Shown: piece after piece, positions 53,600 to 64,000 of the stretch
How the letters are laid out: the number at the start of each line of letters is the position of its first letter
Position numbering within the stretch: the first letter of the stretch is position 1
Source of the DNA: Histomonas meleagridis 2922-C6/04-290x
Taxonomy: Eukaryota; Protista; Parabasalia
NCBI GenBank assembly: GCA_020184695.1
Contig: JAANOX010000093.1
Coordinates: forward strand, 1 to 64,000
Reading direction: 5' to 3'
DNA length: 64,000 bases
Notes under the pieces: model-generated
Told to the model about the DNA's origin: nothing
Database searches by the model: none
What the model saw: the letters and a program-made list of their open reading frames with translations, nothing else
Translations under genes and position numbers: made by a program

Positions 53600-55725
53600 T
53601 TCCATAAGTAATTTAACTATTTATGCATGACCACTTGAAGATGCCCATTATGCTGCTTATAATATTTAAGATAAAATTACTAAAGTGTTTTTTTCATAGA
53701 ATAAATAAATATCATTAGCATTTATACCACCGATTTCTTTTTGTACTTTTGCAACTGCATAATGACCTTGTCATATTGCACAATTTCATATAAATTACAA
53801 AAGATATAACACAGTAAATATTCATGAGGTACAAATAGGTTGAGCATTAATATTAATCCCTTCATGTTCAATAAGTAATTTAACTATTTCTAAATGACCA
53901 AATTCACATGCTCTCATTAGTGCTGTCCAAAATATTAAAAACAAACACCAATTATTTGATTGAAAACCAAAATTGTTAAAATCGACTTTAAACAAAACAA
54001 ATTAAAACCTTGATCATTAACATCAATTTCTTTTTGCTCAAGAAGTAATTTAACAATGTCTATATTACCTTGTTGAGATGCCTAAATAAGTGCTGTTTGA
54101 AATAATTCAAACAATTTCCAAATATTTACCAAAACATCATAAAATTAGTCAAAAAAATCCATAACATCATGAACAAACTTCTTTATCATTGATTTTTATT
54201 CCTTTTTGATCAAGAAGTAGTTCAACAATTTCTCTATGTCCAAGATAAGATGCTGTTATATGTGCTGTATCAAATAATTTAAATCATTTCCAAATATAAT
54301 TATAAAATATCAAATTATATAAATAAATTCGATTTCATAATTAAAAAATGTACTAGCATTAATATTAATCTTTTTTTGTTTAAGAAGTAGTTCAACAATT
54401 TCTCTATGTCCAAGATAAGATGCTGTTATAAGTGCGGTTGAAAAAACATTATATGAATATTGGAATAACGAGTGAAACATGAAAATAAAGAAAATAACAA
54501 GATTAAAAACAAATTATATCCTTTAGAATTAATGTCATATTTCTCATGATTGAGAATATATTTAATAAGTTCTATATTCCCTGAATTTGCAGCATAAGAA
54601 ATGATATCTTTTGGTAATTTATTTTCTCTTAAAAAATCTTTTTATAAGAAGAAAATTACCATACTGCGCCAAATTATTGATTATTGATTCATCAATTTCC
54701 ATCCCTTTATCTAGTAAAACTGAAAAAAGTTCATAATTATTGTATTTAATACATATCAGTCCTAAAATGTTCATATCTATTTCCGTAAGTTTCTCTTCAT
54801 AAAGATATTTAAATATATCATTTCGATGAAATTGAATTGCTGTTTCAAATGCACTTTCAAATGATGAATGATTCTGTTCACATAAATGAATGATTTCTTC
54901 ATTCCCACCTGCAATTGCATATTTACCTGTGTTTTCTACATTTGCGCCATTCATAAGTAAATATTTAAAACATTTGATTGAAGAAAAAAATGCTGCATAA
55001 TCAATTAATGTAACATTTTCATGATTAATAAATGAACAACTTTCATAAAGTGATGGTTCAATTGTTTGATTAAAATCAAAATTTGTTTGTGATGATATTT
55101 CTTGAAGTTTTTCTATTTCATCATTCCGAATTATTAAAGCAATTTCATTTGGATTATATCCTTCTTTTAGTAATTTCTTATGAAGCTCCCAATCATTTTT
55201 TGAAAGATTTTCGATATTTTTAACAAATTTATCCCAAAACATAACAATGCTCATCGAATGAAACCCAGAAATACTTCCATGATTCTTTAAATGTTCAACT
55301 TCTTCAGCATTTTTATAATGAATAAAATATAAAAAATGATCATTATCTAATTCACTGGGTGAAATTAAATTTTTATCAATCATCTTTTGAAAAATATAAC
55401 ATATTCCATCGTGTTTATAAAAATTATTTAATGAATTTCGGAAAATTTCTATAATATTGATTTCATTTTTGATTTCTTGATTTAATTCAATAAGAAATTG
55501 TAGTATTAAATCCGCATTATATCCTCTTGAATAGTAAAAAGAAAAAATAATCATGCATATTATTGTATATAAAGAATTTTCTTGACTTTCTCCAATTAAC
55601 GTTGTAATTATTTGAACCGTTTCCCCAATATTATCTTCTTTTAAATTATATATATTATTTTCTATTTTCGAAATTATATCCATTCTTTGCTTCGTGAAGT
55701 TATGAACTTTTATAATTATTCCCAA
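53600..55725 (-). pseudogene. Ankyrin locus D: DUF3447-type domain + ankyrin repeats with non-canonical inserts, 3' repeats decayed
   Basis: ORF 54619-55725 is paralogous to locus C; after a T-run frameshift the frame continues ISYAANSGNIELIKYIL; inserts at 54445-54515, 54275-54345, 54103-54175 and 53933-54003; in-frame TAG/TAA in distal repeats. Confidence 0.75.
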
Positions 55726-56105
55726 ACCCGGGGCACCCCATATATTTATGATAAATCTTGTCTGTGTAATCGATACACTATTGTGTTTCTGCTAATTTGA
55801 AAGAATTTTTAACCTCATGATTATTTTTAGTTTTGATAAGAAACATTGAAAATAAATGGAATAATTACCAGTCTTTACATCACAATTCAATTGAAGATCG
55901 AAAAATTCTATAAAACAAAAGAGTAAAATATACAACATAATTTGTTCATTACCCTGATGTTCATAATTACAAATATCTCAATAAATTCAATCCTTAAATT
56001 CGAATTGCTTGATCTCAGCAAGCAGCTTCTTGTGAAACTTTTTGTGTTGTTTATTCCATTCATTAATAAAAATAAACCTTTTAATATTTACGTTTAAAAA
56101 AGTTT

Positions 56106-57134
56106 ATGTCTCTTTCTGTTACTCAACAACTCCATATCATAAAAGAGCGACTTAGGGAATTTAGGAAAGAAATAGATGAATCAAGATTTTCAGCAAAACC
56201 AAAAAATAAAAATTACAATGAAATATATTCAAAGAAAAAATCACAATTCATAAATTTTTCAGACATGTCAAGTTCTAGCGATGTTTTTAATGACATAAAG
56301 TATAATAAATATTCTTCAGATTCAATACAAGAAGAAAAAAAGCCATATCCAAAACCACCAAAATCTAATAAAATTAAAAATGAAACCCCATATTTCAAAC
56401 ACCATAAAAGCACCAACAAAAACTCATATCTTTCTGATTCATCGGAAAGTATTTTATCATATCGAAAACATTTACCTCAAGCAATGTTTTCTTTCGACTC
56501 AAATTCAAGTATCTTTTCATCAAATTCAAGTACGTACTCATCAGATTCAATTGTTGAATGTCCAAATTGCGGATTTCGCTTCAAAAATTCGGATTATTCT
56601 ACCACTTATAGCAGTTCATTTGATTCAGATTCTTCATTTTCAAGTTCGGAAGACAAATTTTTGATCTCAAAAAAAATTACATCATCTGATTCATCAATTG
56701 ATGATAGTTCGACACTTCTATATGACCACAGGAATCGAATACTTTATTCTTCAGACAGTTTTTCATCATCTGATTATATATTTCCCAAAAAATCGTTCAA
56801 GCATATACATGAGTATTCGACAAAATCTTTTTCTAGCGATACAACTGACAATAAAACGAAACTTGAAATAAGTTATCAGCCGAAAAATTATTTCGAATTT
56901 AATGCTGAAGAAGATACAAATGATACAAATGAAAGTGATGACGAAGAAATCAATGAAATTCATGAAAAAATCAACAAATTGTACATCGAAGAAGAAGAAG
57001 AAACAAATAGTTCAAGTTCTGTTTTCAAGACGGACGAAGTTTCGTTTGATGTTTCAGATATATCAAATATTTCGATTGATGAAAATGGAGTTCAACAACA
57101 AAAACTTAATAATGAACTCGATTTCTCATCTTAA
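56106..57134 (+). CDS. Ser-rich low-complexity protein with a CPNCG knuckle
   Basis: 342-aa ORF with SSD/SSS tracts and an acidic C-terminus. Confidence 0.7.
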   Translation: MSLSVTQQLHIIKERLREFRKEIDESRFSAKPKNKNYNEIYSKKKSQFINFSDMSSSSDVFNDIKYNKYSSDSIQEEKKPYPKPPKSNKIKNETPYFKHHKSTNKNSYLSDSSESILSYRKHLPQAMFSFDSNSSIFSSNSSTYSSDSIVECPNCGFRFKNSDYSTTYSSSFDSDSSFSSSEDKFLISKKITSSDSSIDDSSTLLYDHRNRILYSSDSFSSSDYIFPKKSFKHIHEYSTKSFSSDTTDNKTKLEISYQPKNYFEFNAEEDTNDTNESDDEEINEIHEKINKLYIEEEEETNSSSSVFKTDEVSFDVSDISNISIDENGVQQQKLNNELDFSS

Positions 57135-57228
57135 GACAGAGTAACGCGGAAACATTCTTTATAATGTTAATAAAATATTAAACAAATTTCTGTTTATTTT
57201 AATCTATAAAAGAACAGATAATATATTA

Positions 57229-60090
57229 TTAGTATGGCGGATATCCGGTGTTCGGCTGCTGGTATTTGCCTTGGGGATATCCGTTAGGCGGATACTGGCT
57301 CATGCGCTGATATTGATCTGGATGCGGTGGCTGCTTACGATCATAAGGCGGTTGTTCAGAATTATAACCGTTGGTTGGGGTGCCCCTTCTATCGTAGCCA
57401 TTATTTATTGGTGGTTGATTGTATGGGGGCTGGTTTTGATATCCGCCATACGGAGGTTGCTGTCTGTTATAACCATCGTATGGTTGCTGTCTCCTATCAT
57501 AGTTACCGTTTACCGGCGGTTGCATTCTATCGTAGCCGTTATACGGCGGTTGTCTTCTATCGTAGCTATCGTTCATTGGTGGCGGTGGGTTATATGGAGG
57601 TTGATTTCCACCATAACCACCATACGGAGGCTGCTGTCTATTATAACCATCGTATGGTGGCTGTTTCCTATCATAGTTATTATTTATTGGAGGACCGTTT
57701 ACCGGCGGTTGCATTATATCGTAACCGTTATATGGCGGTTGAACTTGATTATAACCGTCGTGCGGGGGTTGTCTCCTATCGTAGCCATCGTTCATTGGCG
57801 GTTGGTGAGTTCCTCTTTGCAAGTAACCGTTTGGATGATTGCGATGATTTTGTTCGCCCAAAGGCTTCGAGTCTATCATTGGCGGAGGGCGTTCCTGAAT
57901 TTCTTGTTCTTGGTCATTTTGGTTTTGATGCATAAATTTCATTTTTTGTACGAGAATTGATCTTGAGTTCATTGTCGTTCCAGGCAAATAGCCCGGAATT
58001 TGAAGAGGCAGCTCAACAGACTCAGCGAATGTGTCCTCGTCGATAGTTCCTCTATCATAAAATGCGTCATATCGATTCAAGTTATGTCTATGCTCAATCG
58101 CAGAAGGAGGAAATACAACTCCGCGATTTAGGTATGACATAAATTGATTTGGTTCAACGTGTGGAAATTCGAATTCGAATTCGCACGAGACATTTTTGTC
58201 ATAATCGATTCCTTGAATTCGATACATTTTCCCAAATGACGGACGATTTAAGTTTATAGTTTCCAAATGTTTCGGCGGCGCTAAATCTTTGTGCACGAAT
58301 ATTTTTGTCTTCCCAAATGTGTTTCTCTTTATTTCATCCGCTGTTAATGATAAATCGGATTTTTCCAAAACTTTTTTCATTTTAACTTCATCTATAAACG
58401 GCACATGCACAACTCCATGCCATGTTGCTGTACTCCCTCCTAAATCAACAGTAAACTTCGTTGGATAAAACTCATGAAGTTCAGACTTAGGATCCGTCAT
58501 TAAATATTTCATCACTGGGGGTAAACAATGTGCACTTTGCGGCGGCAAAACCGCCATTAATTGTTCAAGCGGTTTGAACGGTTCTGACAGTTCGAATTGG
58601 AAATTTTTTGGATCCAAATCAATTGTATCGAAATCAGATGCTAAAGGAGCGTAATGATACGGGTAATACCAATTCCATGAGGGTACTCCATGTAAGTAAT
58701 AATTTAATATCCACACCATTCCTTTTGCATATTCAGTCACTACTTTTGGTACACAAGTCATATAAACATCAGCATCGAATTGGAACTTCATACAGTAATA
58801 CATTGGCTTTAACTCCTTAATCGAATGCAAAGGCGCGTCTTGATTTGGTTTTTGTCGCTTTTGTTCTTCATCTTTCTCTTTCTCGCAATAGACAGGATTA
58901 TCAGTGTTACTTATCTTGTTGACATATTCTTGTGCTTCTTTTGCTTGCGGCGATGGATAAAGAATCGTTTCGAGTCCTTTCACTTCGCCCTTGTCGAATT
59001 CTTTCATTATTTGTGAGAACGCAGGGATGTTAACAGCGCCGTTCTGTGTTAAGTATCCTAACTTAGGTAACAAGCGTCGATATGTCGAGATGACGGCTTG
59101 AATAGCTCCGGAATGAATAGAGAACCCTGGAATCGATGGAATGAAATCGTTTCCAGCGCCAAAACATAAGAAAATAAAGTCATCAAGTGCATTCTCAAAG
59201 TCCCATTGAAACCTTAAGTTCGGTGGTTGTAAATCACGCTCTAAATATTGCCTTAAAACCCACAAAGAAACAAAATGAAAAAATTCAGGTCCAATATCTT
59301 CGCGCTCGGGATTCTTCTCACCACTCATATCAATAACATTCTCTCGTAATAAAAAAAAATACGGCTCATGAGATGCTAAGCCTAAAAAAATTAAATCGGC
59401 ATCTAGTCCATAAATAACATGACGACAGTTCGGATCGTATTTCGGCTGAATTCGTTGGCTTCGAATAAAACTCATGATCTTGTGCTCGCCTTCGCCTGGA
59501 ACTGAGGCATCGGAAAGAATTACCATAATACGATGCCAGCCAGGATCATCGCGTTGTTGTTTTGCGATAAAAGATCGAAGATGTGTTGTAAGACGTTCAA
59601 AAAATGGACTCCCTGGAGTAATAACATTGCTGTCATGCTTCTTAAGATAATCAGGGTCATTAAGTATCTCTAATTCTGCAGTATCATTGTTTTCTTCTGC
59701 ATCATGTTTCATCTTAATGAGTTTATAAGCATTGTCTTTGGCTGACCGATAACGTCGCATACGTTGTTGATTCATCTTGGCACGTGGTGCAACACCATCA
59801 ATGGCCATAAATAATAGCATGCGTGGTCGGACAATATTAAAAACACGTAAAATGTATCTGTCAATGTTGTCAAAAATTTCTTCCTCGGAACGTGGGGGAG
59901 CAACACCATCTGGATGAAAACATGGATGAATAATTCCATTCATATCCAAATATAAACAATCAAATTCACGATCTCCTTCTGTGTTAGGGTTAGGTTTCGA
60001 TGAGTCTCTGTCGGATTTCTTTTCGATACAGTTAGAAATAATTGCAGGGTATTTCCTTTGTAGCCATTTGAAAAACGCGGGTACTCCCAT
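57229..60090 (-). CDS. XRN-family 5'-3' exoribonuclease (Xrn2/Rat1-like) with repetitive P/Y/Q/G tail
   Basis: MGVPAFFKWL, LYLDMNGIIH, AIDGVAPRAKMNQQR, PGEGEHKI, GLDADL, GNDFIP, YPYHYAP. Confidence 0.96.
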   Translation of the reverse strand: MGVPAFFKWLQRKYPAIISNCIEKKSDRDSSKPNPNTEGDREFDCLYLDMNGIIHPCFHPDGVAPPRSEEEIFDNIDRYILRVFNIVRPRMLLFMAIDGVAPRAKMNQQRMRRYRSAKDNAYKLIKMKHDAEENNDTAELEILNDPDYLKKHDSNVITPGSPFFERLTTHLRSFIAKQQRDDPGWHRIMVILSDASVPGEGEHKIMSFIRSQRIQPKYDPNCRHVIYGLDADLIFLGLASHEPYFFLLRENVIDMSGEKNPEREDIGPEFFHFVSLWVLRQYLERDLQPPNLRFQWDFENALDDFIFLCFGAGNDFIPSIPGFSIHSGAIQAVISTYRRLLPKLGYLTQNGAVNIPAFSQIMKEFDKGEVKGLETILYPSPQAKEAQEYVNKISNTDNPVYCEKEKDEEQKRQKPNQDAPLHSIKELKPMYYCMKFQFDADVYMTCVPKVVTEYAKGMVWILNYYLHGVPSWNWYYPYHYAPLASDFDTIDLDPKNFQFELSEPFKPLEQLMAVLPPQSAHCLPPVMKYLMTDPKSELHEFYPTKFTVDLGGSTATWHGVVHVPFIDEVKMKKVLEKSDLSLTADEIKRNTFGKTKIFVHKDLAPPKHLETINLNRPSFGKMYRIQGIDYDKNVSCEFEFEFPHVEPNQFMSYLNRGVVFPPSAIEHRHNLNRYDAFYDRGTIDEDTFAESVELPLQIPGYLPGTTMNSRSILVQKMKFMHQNQNDQEQEIQERPPPMIDSKPLGEQNHRNHPNGYLQRGTHQPPMNDGYDRRQPPHDGYNQVQPPYNGYDIMQPPVNGPPINNNYDRKQPPYDGYNRQQPPYGGYGGNQPPYNPPPPMNDSYDRRQPPYNGYDRMQPPVNGNYDRRQQPYDGYNRQQPPYGGYQNQPPYNQPPINNGYDRRGTPTNGYNSEQPPYDRKQPPHPDQYQRMSQYPPNGYPQGKYQQPNTGYPPY

Positions 60091-60331
60091 CTTATGGCAA
60101 AAATAAAATATCAGAAAAATATTGACATTTATATTTTTAGAACGAAAAAAGAAATCAATTTTATTCTTTACTCTAATTATTAAAAATGTTACATAATGAA
60201 GAATTAAAATGTAAATAAAGAATATTTTGAAAAATTAAAAAAATGTGTTTCAAATCAATTTCAATTTTTTTTTAAATTACTAAATCTAAAAACATGGTAA
60301 TAGTTAAAATAATTTTACAAAATATTATAAG

Positions 60332-60976
60332 TTAATCTGTTGCTGGATGTGGAAGATGAAGCTTAAAATTCTGACTTGAAATTATAGTGGATACAATTCC
60401 TTTAATAATTGGCCCAAGAAGTGGAACTCTTGAAGGAGAAAAATCTATTTTCTTAAAGAATATAATTGAAAGATTGAAATCAAAAATTATATTGTCAATG
60501 AATTGAACATCAATATCACTGTCACTGTTACCTGGCCAAGAAACAAGCAATTCACCACCAAATTTGATTAAATCAACTTCTATCTTTATGTGATTTCCAA
60601 ATGAAAGATCGAAAGATGGACCAGTTTCCCATTCTATTGGAACAAGAATCCGTACGTCATCTGCTTCTTTCATTTCAAGGGTCGCAACGTGTTTAACTAT
60701 GGGATTGTTTCCCATCGATAGTAACTTGAAATGATTGGGATGTATTTTTGAATTAACTAGTTCACTGATTTTATTCATAGCTTCTTCGGACTGGAGATGT
60801 GTTATGAAACGATTTGTTACAAAATTCAACCATTCAGTAGATTCAACTTTTGATTTATATGGGATTGATTTATTTCCAAATAACTTGGATTTGTATGGTA
60901 CTGTTAATCGAAGGAGAATAAGAAGTAAAATGCAGCAAAAAATTGATATGCAAAAACCACTAAAAAATGAATCCAT
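60332..60976 (-). CDS. N-terminally anchored SMP-domain lipid-transfer protein (Mmm1/ERMES-like)
   Basis: TM segment SFFSGFCISIFCCILLLILL, ESTEWLNFV, and SRVPLLGPIIK, similar to Mmm1 SMP motifs; ATG at 60976. Confidence 0.65.
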   Translation of the reverse strand: MDSFFSGFCISIFCCILLLILLRLTVPYKSKLFGNKSIPYKSKVESTEWLNFVTNRFITHLQSEEAMNKISELVNSKIHPNHFKLLSMGNNPIVKHVATLEMKEADDVRILVPIEWETGPSFDLSFGNHIKIEVDLIKFGGELLVSWPGNSDSDIDVQFIDNIIFDFNLSIIFFKKIDFSPSRVPLLGPIIKGIVSTIISSQNFKLHLPHPATD

Positions 60977-61448
60977 TTCTTTTTTCAAAAACAAATGGAC
61001 AAAAAGTGACCAATAAATAAAAGTGGCATTTTAAGAAATTATTTGATTTCTTCTTGTTAAATTAAAATTAAAAAATTATCTAAATTCTAAATCTTTAATC
61101 TAGACACCTTCTTTTGTCACACATAAATATGTTTCCTATAGTTTTTAAAAACTATAAAAAAGATTTTATGTTCAATCCATACTACTCGTATTTTCCAACA
61201 ATTATGATAAAGAATTTATTTCTTGTTTATTAACATCAATTTATTTGGTATATAATATGAATTAAAATAATTGATTAGATCAGAAATTTTTTTTTCATTT
61301 AAAAACTTATAATTAAAAAATGAATTTTTGGTGAATTAATCATATCCCATATAAAATTATTAATAATTATTAATTAGGAACTTAAATACAGCACAAAGAT
61401 TGGTGACCGTTTAAAACACATTGTTTATATAACCGTTCTAAAATAAAT

Positions 61449-62669
61449 ATGGAGCCAACTCCAAATGAAGATAATCGGTCTGCAGAAGCATCAGTTCCGA
61501 ACATCCCAATTCCAGAACCGGAACCAGAAGTCGAATCTGAGGTTTCTACGCAACAAGATTCATCATCTCAACAGATCTCAACACCAGGTACCATGGCTAA
61601 TTGTACCAAAACATTAATTGATTATTTTTCTGTCAATAGCACTCAACGATGCACCACCGAGAATGCAATTTCATGTCTCAAACAACTTATCCAACACATG
61701 TCACGTTATTATTATTTTCATTTTCTTCAACTTAAGCTTCGTAAAATTCTTTTCGTCCTTACTGATTGCCCCAACGAACCTAGAACTGAGAAATACTGTT
61801 CACGTACCTTTCTTAACATATCTGATATTCTTTTGGATATTCCACATAACTTCAACAAAGATCATATGATCAAAGAACTCATTTCCTCAACTCCTTATGA
61901 TCGTGACTCAAAAACCATGGACTTCCAATGGCGATTACAATATGCGTTCGAAGAAGCAATATTTAATTCCGACTCACAACTTGAAACTTTCTTACAACAG
62001 TTTTATTCCACCATAGATCTCAGTCAAATTTGGGCTCAATTTGTAGCCTTTACTGATCAATGTGAAAAATATTTTCGAAATAAATACAGTATCCCAGAAG
62101 ATCTCCCACAAATATCATCGTTTTGTTCACGTGCGTTATACCAACGTTACATGTTAACACATCCTTTATTTCCAAAACCAATAGTAAATACACAATTTTT
62201 GACACAAGTCTCAAAATTACGCAAACTTACTGGCTCTGGATTTGGGGCTAAAGAGAAATTTATGCCACCAGGCTCATTTAATACACCTGTTACATTATGT
62301 CCCGGATTATATCGACGTTCTGTATCTGAATGTAATATGTTACCTTTTGCTTGTATTCCGGATGACTTATTCAGAATAATATGCAATATGCATGACTTTT
62401 TATTTGAAGAATTGGTTAGAATTATGTATGTCAGAGCTCATGTAAGAACTTCTTTAGCTGATTTTAGACCTACAGTCCAAGTTGGTCAAGAAGATATTTT
62501 ACCTATAATGATATTAGTTTTGGTTTTAGCTGATATACCTAATTTACCGGAAATTGTAGATTTCTTTAATGAATATAGTACACATAATCAAGTAAATTCT
62601 AAAACAGGTTTATATATGGCCAATATTGCAATGGCTTTTGGCGCTATTATGAATTGGGAATTCGAATAA
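61449..62669 (+). CDS. VPS9-domain protein (Rab5-family GEF)
   Basis: C-terminal GQEDILPIMILVLV...GLYMANIAMA matches the VPS9 (A)DDLLP/GY pattern. Confidence 0.75.
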   Translation: MEPTPNEDNRSAEASVPNIPIPEPEPEVESEVSTQQDSSSQQISTPGTMANCTKTLIDYFSVNSTQRCTTENAISCLKQLIQHMSRYYYFHFLQLKLRKILFVLTDCPNEPRTEKYCSRTFLNISDILLDIPHNFNKDHMIKELISSTPYDRDSKTMDFQWRLQYAFEEAIFNSDSQLETFLQQFYSTIDLSQIWAQFVAFTDQCEKYFRNKYSIPEDLPQISSFCSRALYQRYMLTHPLFPKPIVNTQFLTQVSKLRKLTGSGFGAKEKFMPPGSFNTPVTLCPGLYRRSVSECNMLPFACIPDDLFRIICNMHDFLFEELVRIMYVRAHVRTSLADFRPTVQVGQEDILPIMILVLVLADIPNLPEIVDFFNEYSTHNQVNSKTGLYMANIAMAFGAIMNWEFE

Positions 62670-62852
62670 ATAAACAATATTATTTCTTAAATAATAAACG
62701 CATATAAATTTACAGTTATTAAACGTTCGACATAACAATGACAAACGGTCAATGCTCTCAATTTTACATTAAAAAAGTTGAATGGAAAATGGTCGGTTTC
62801 ATCCCGAAAGAGGTTAACTGCACTTTTTTCCTCAGTGGTCTAACATTTTGCA

Positions 62853-63551
62853 ATGGAAGATCAAAAATATGAAAAGACAAAATCAGAAAAAGCAATTTGG
62901 GTAGGAAACCTTTCAAAAACAACAAATGAAGATGATCTTAAACAATATTTTTCCAAATTTGGTGAAATTCAATTGGTCGAAATTCCTTATGGCAAAAGAC
63001 ACGGACGTCGTAATTACGGTTATGTTCATTTTAAAGATACTGCATCTGTTCAAAAAGCTATTGATGAAGCTAACGAAAAAACATTAAACAATCAAACTAT
63101 TCATGTCAAAAATGCTTACGATGCACATTTTGATATTGAGAGTTACCGAAAAAGTCAAGAAGCTAAAAGATCAGGTGGCTCAATGCCCCCAAGAAGAAGA
63201 GAATATCCATACGATAATTATCCTAGTAGGGAACGATATGAACGTAGGCCACCACCAGGAAGGCCAGGTGACTACCCAATGGATGACATATATATGAGAA
63301 GAGGATATTATGACGATTATCACCGAAGGGATCTCCCACCACCAGATTATCGAGAACCAAGGTATCTTGATAGGAGGCCTGAACCATACCTGGATGAACC
63401 AAATTATCCTTATCCTTATGAATATCGATCAAGGCCAAGAGAACAATACCGCGATTTACCGCCAATGGATCGACCCATGGATCGACCCATGGATCGAAGA
63501 CCCCCTTACGATTCAAGACCACCTCGAGAATTTATGGGACCAAGATATTAA
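62853..63551 (+). CDS. RRM RNA-binding protein with R/D/P/Y-rich tail
   Basis: IWVGNL (RNP2), NYGYVHF (RNP1). Confidence 0.92.
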   Translation: MEDQKYEKTKSEKAIWVGNLSKTTNEDDLKQYFSKFGEIQLVEIPYGKRHGRRNYGYVHFKDTASVQKAIDEANEKTLNNQTIHVKNAYDAHFDIESYRKSQEAKRSGGSMPPRRREYPYDNYPSRERYERRPPPGRPGDYPMDDIYMRRGYYDDYHRRDLPPPDYREPRYLDRRPEPYLDEPNYPYPYEYRSRPREQYRDLPPMDRPMDRPMDRRPPYDSRPPREFMGPRY

Positions 63552-64000
63552 AAAACAAGAAATGTGACAATTCGTGTAAACTATTCAAATGACCCCAAAC
63601 AATTTTTGATAAAATATCGATATTGTATTTGGTTATGAGTATTGATTCACTTTAAAATAAATAACATACCCTTTAAGGAATAACTTTTATTTAGTTAAAT
63701 AGAAATCTTTTTAATCAATGATTTCAATATTTCAATGTTTATAATACTTAAAATGTGATTACATTAAGCCTTGGTTATCTTCCATATCAAATAATTAAAA
63801 TTTGAGATGAAATTTTCCTAAATTATCATGTTAAAATCTGCTTTTGACAAAAATAAAAATGATGACATAACATCCATGGCATCACTTGTACTTGAACAAA
63901 CGATTTCTTTGGGTTGTTTATCATCTTTTAAGGTTATATAGATTTTTGAATTATTGGGAAGGAAGTTTGATATGGTAGAAAAGGAAATAATTTGATCAAA

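Noticed and set aside
54080-54090. Stop-codon reassignment (in-frame TAG/TAA in ankyrin blocks)
   Set aside because: Housekeeping genes end normally at TAA/TAG/TGA and have no internal stops; most inserts also shift frame, so readthrough alone cannot explain them.
57271-57960. Plus-strand ORFs of 229 and 202 aa
   Set aside because: Antisense shadows of the repetitive XRN tail.

Overview
AT-rich, gene-dense eukaryotic DNA that reads as a parabasalid (trichomonad-type) protist genome: about 25 uninterrupted housekeeping genes (dynamin, RPS25, RPL21, three Rabs, four kinase-family genes, Ariadne E3, XRN, PSP1, VPS9, SMP/Mmm1-like, LAMTOR3-like) and T. vaginalis-like M3/M5 promoter motifs. The first ~6.3 kb is a mobile-element nest: a Prim-Pol + SF3 helicase gene broken only at homopolymers, a Maverick-type integrase 3' fragment between two copies of a ~1 kb palindromic element, a pogo-like transposase fragment and an 87-bp higher-order repeat. 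The main observation concerns four unrelated ankyrin-repeat loci (7.4-10.0, 13.5-14.4, 31.7-33.7, 53.6-55.7 kb). In each, the repeats are interrupted at the same point (the beta-hairpin between NAK-D-I and F-x-T-A-L) by AT-rich, mostly frame-breaking, usually stop-containing inserts with no GT-AG ends. Insert lengths are quantised at 31+20n nt and most carry a TYGGW motif exactly 20 nt upstream of the Thr codon. This looks like an undescribed class of non-canonical introns or another recoding system. All counts were made by hand and the true junctions need RNA data.
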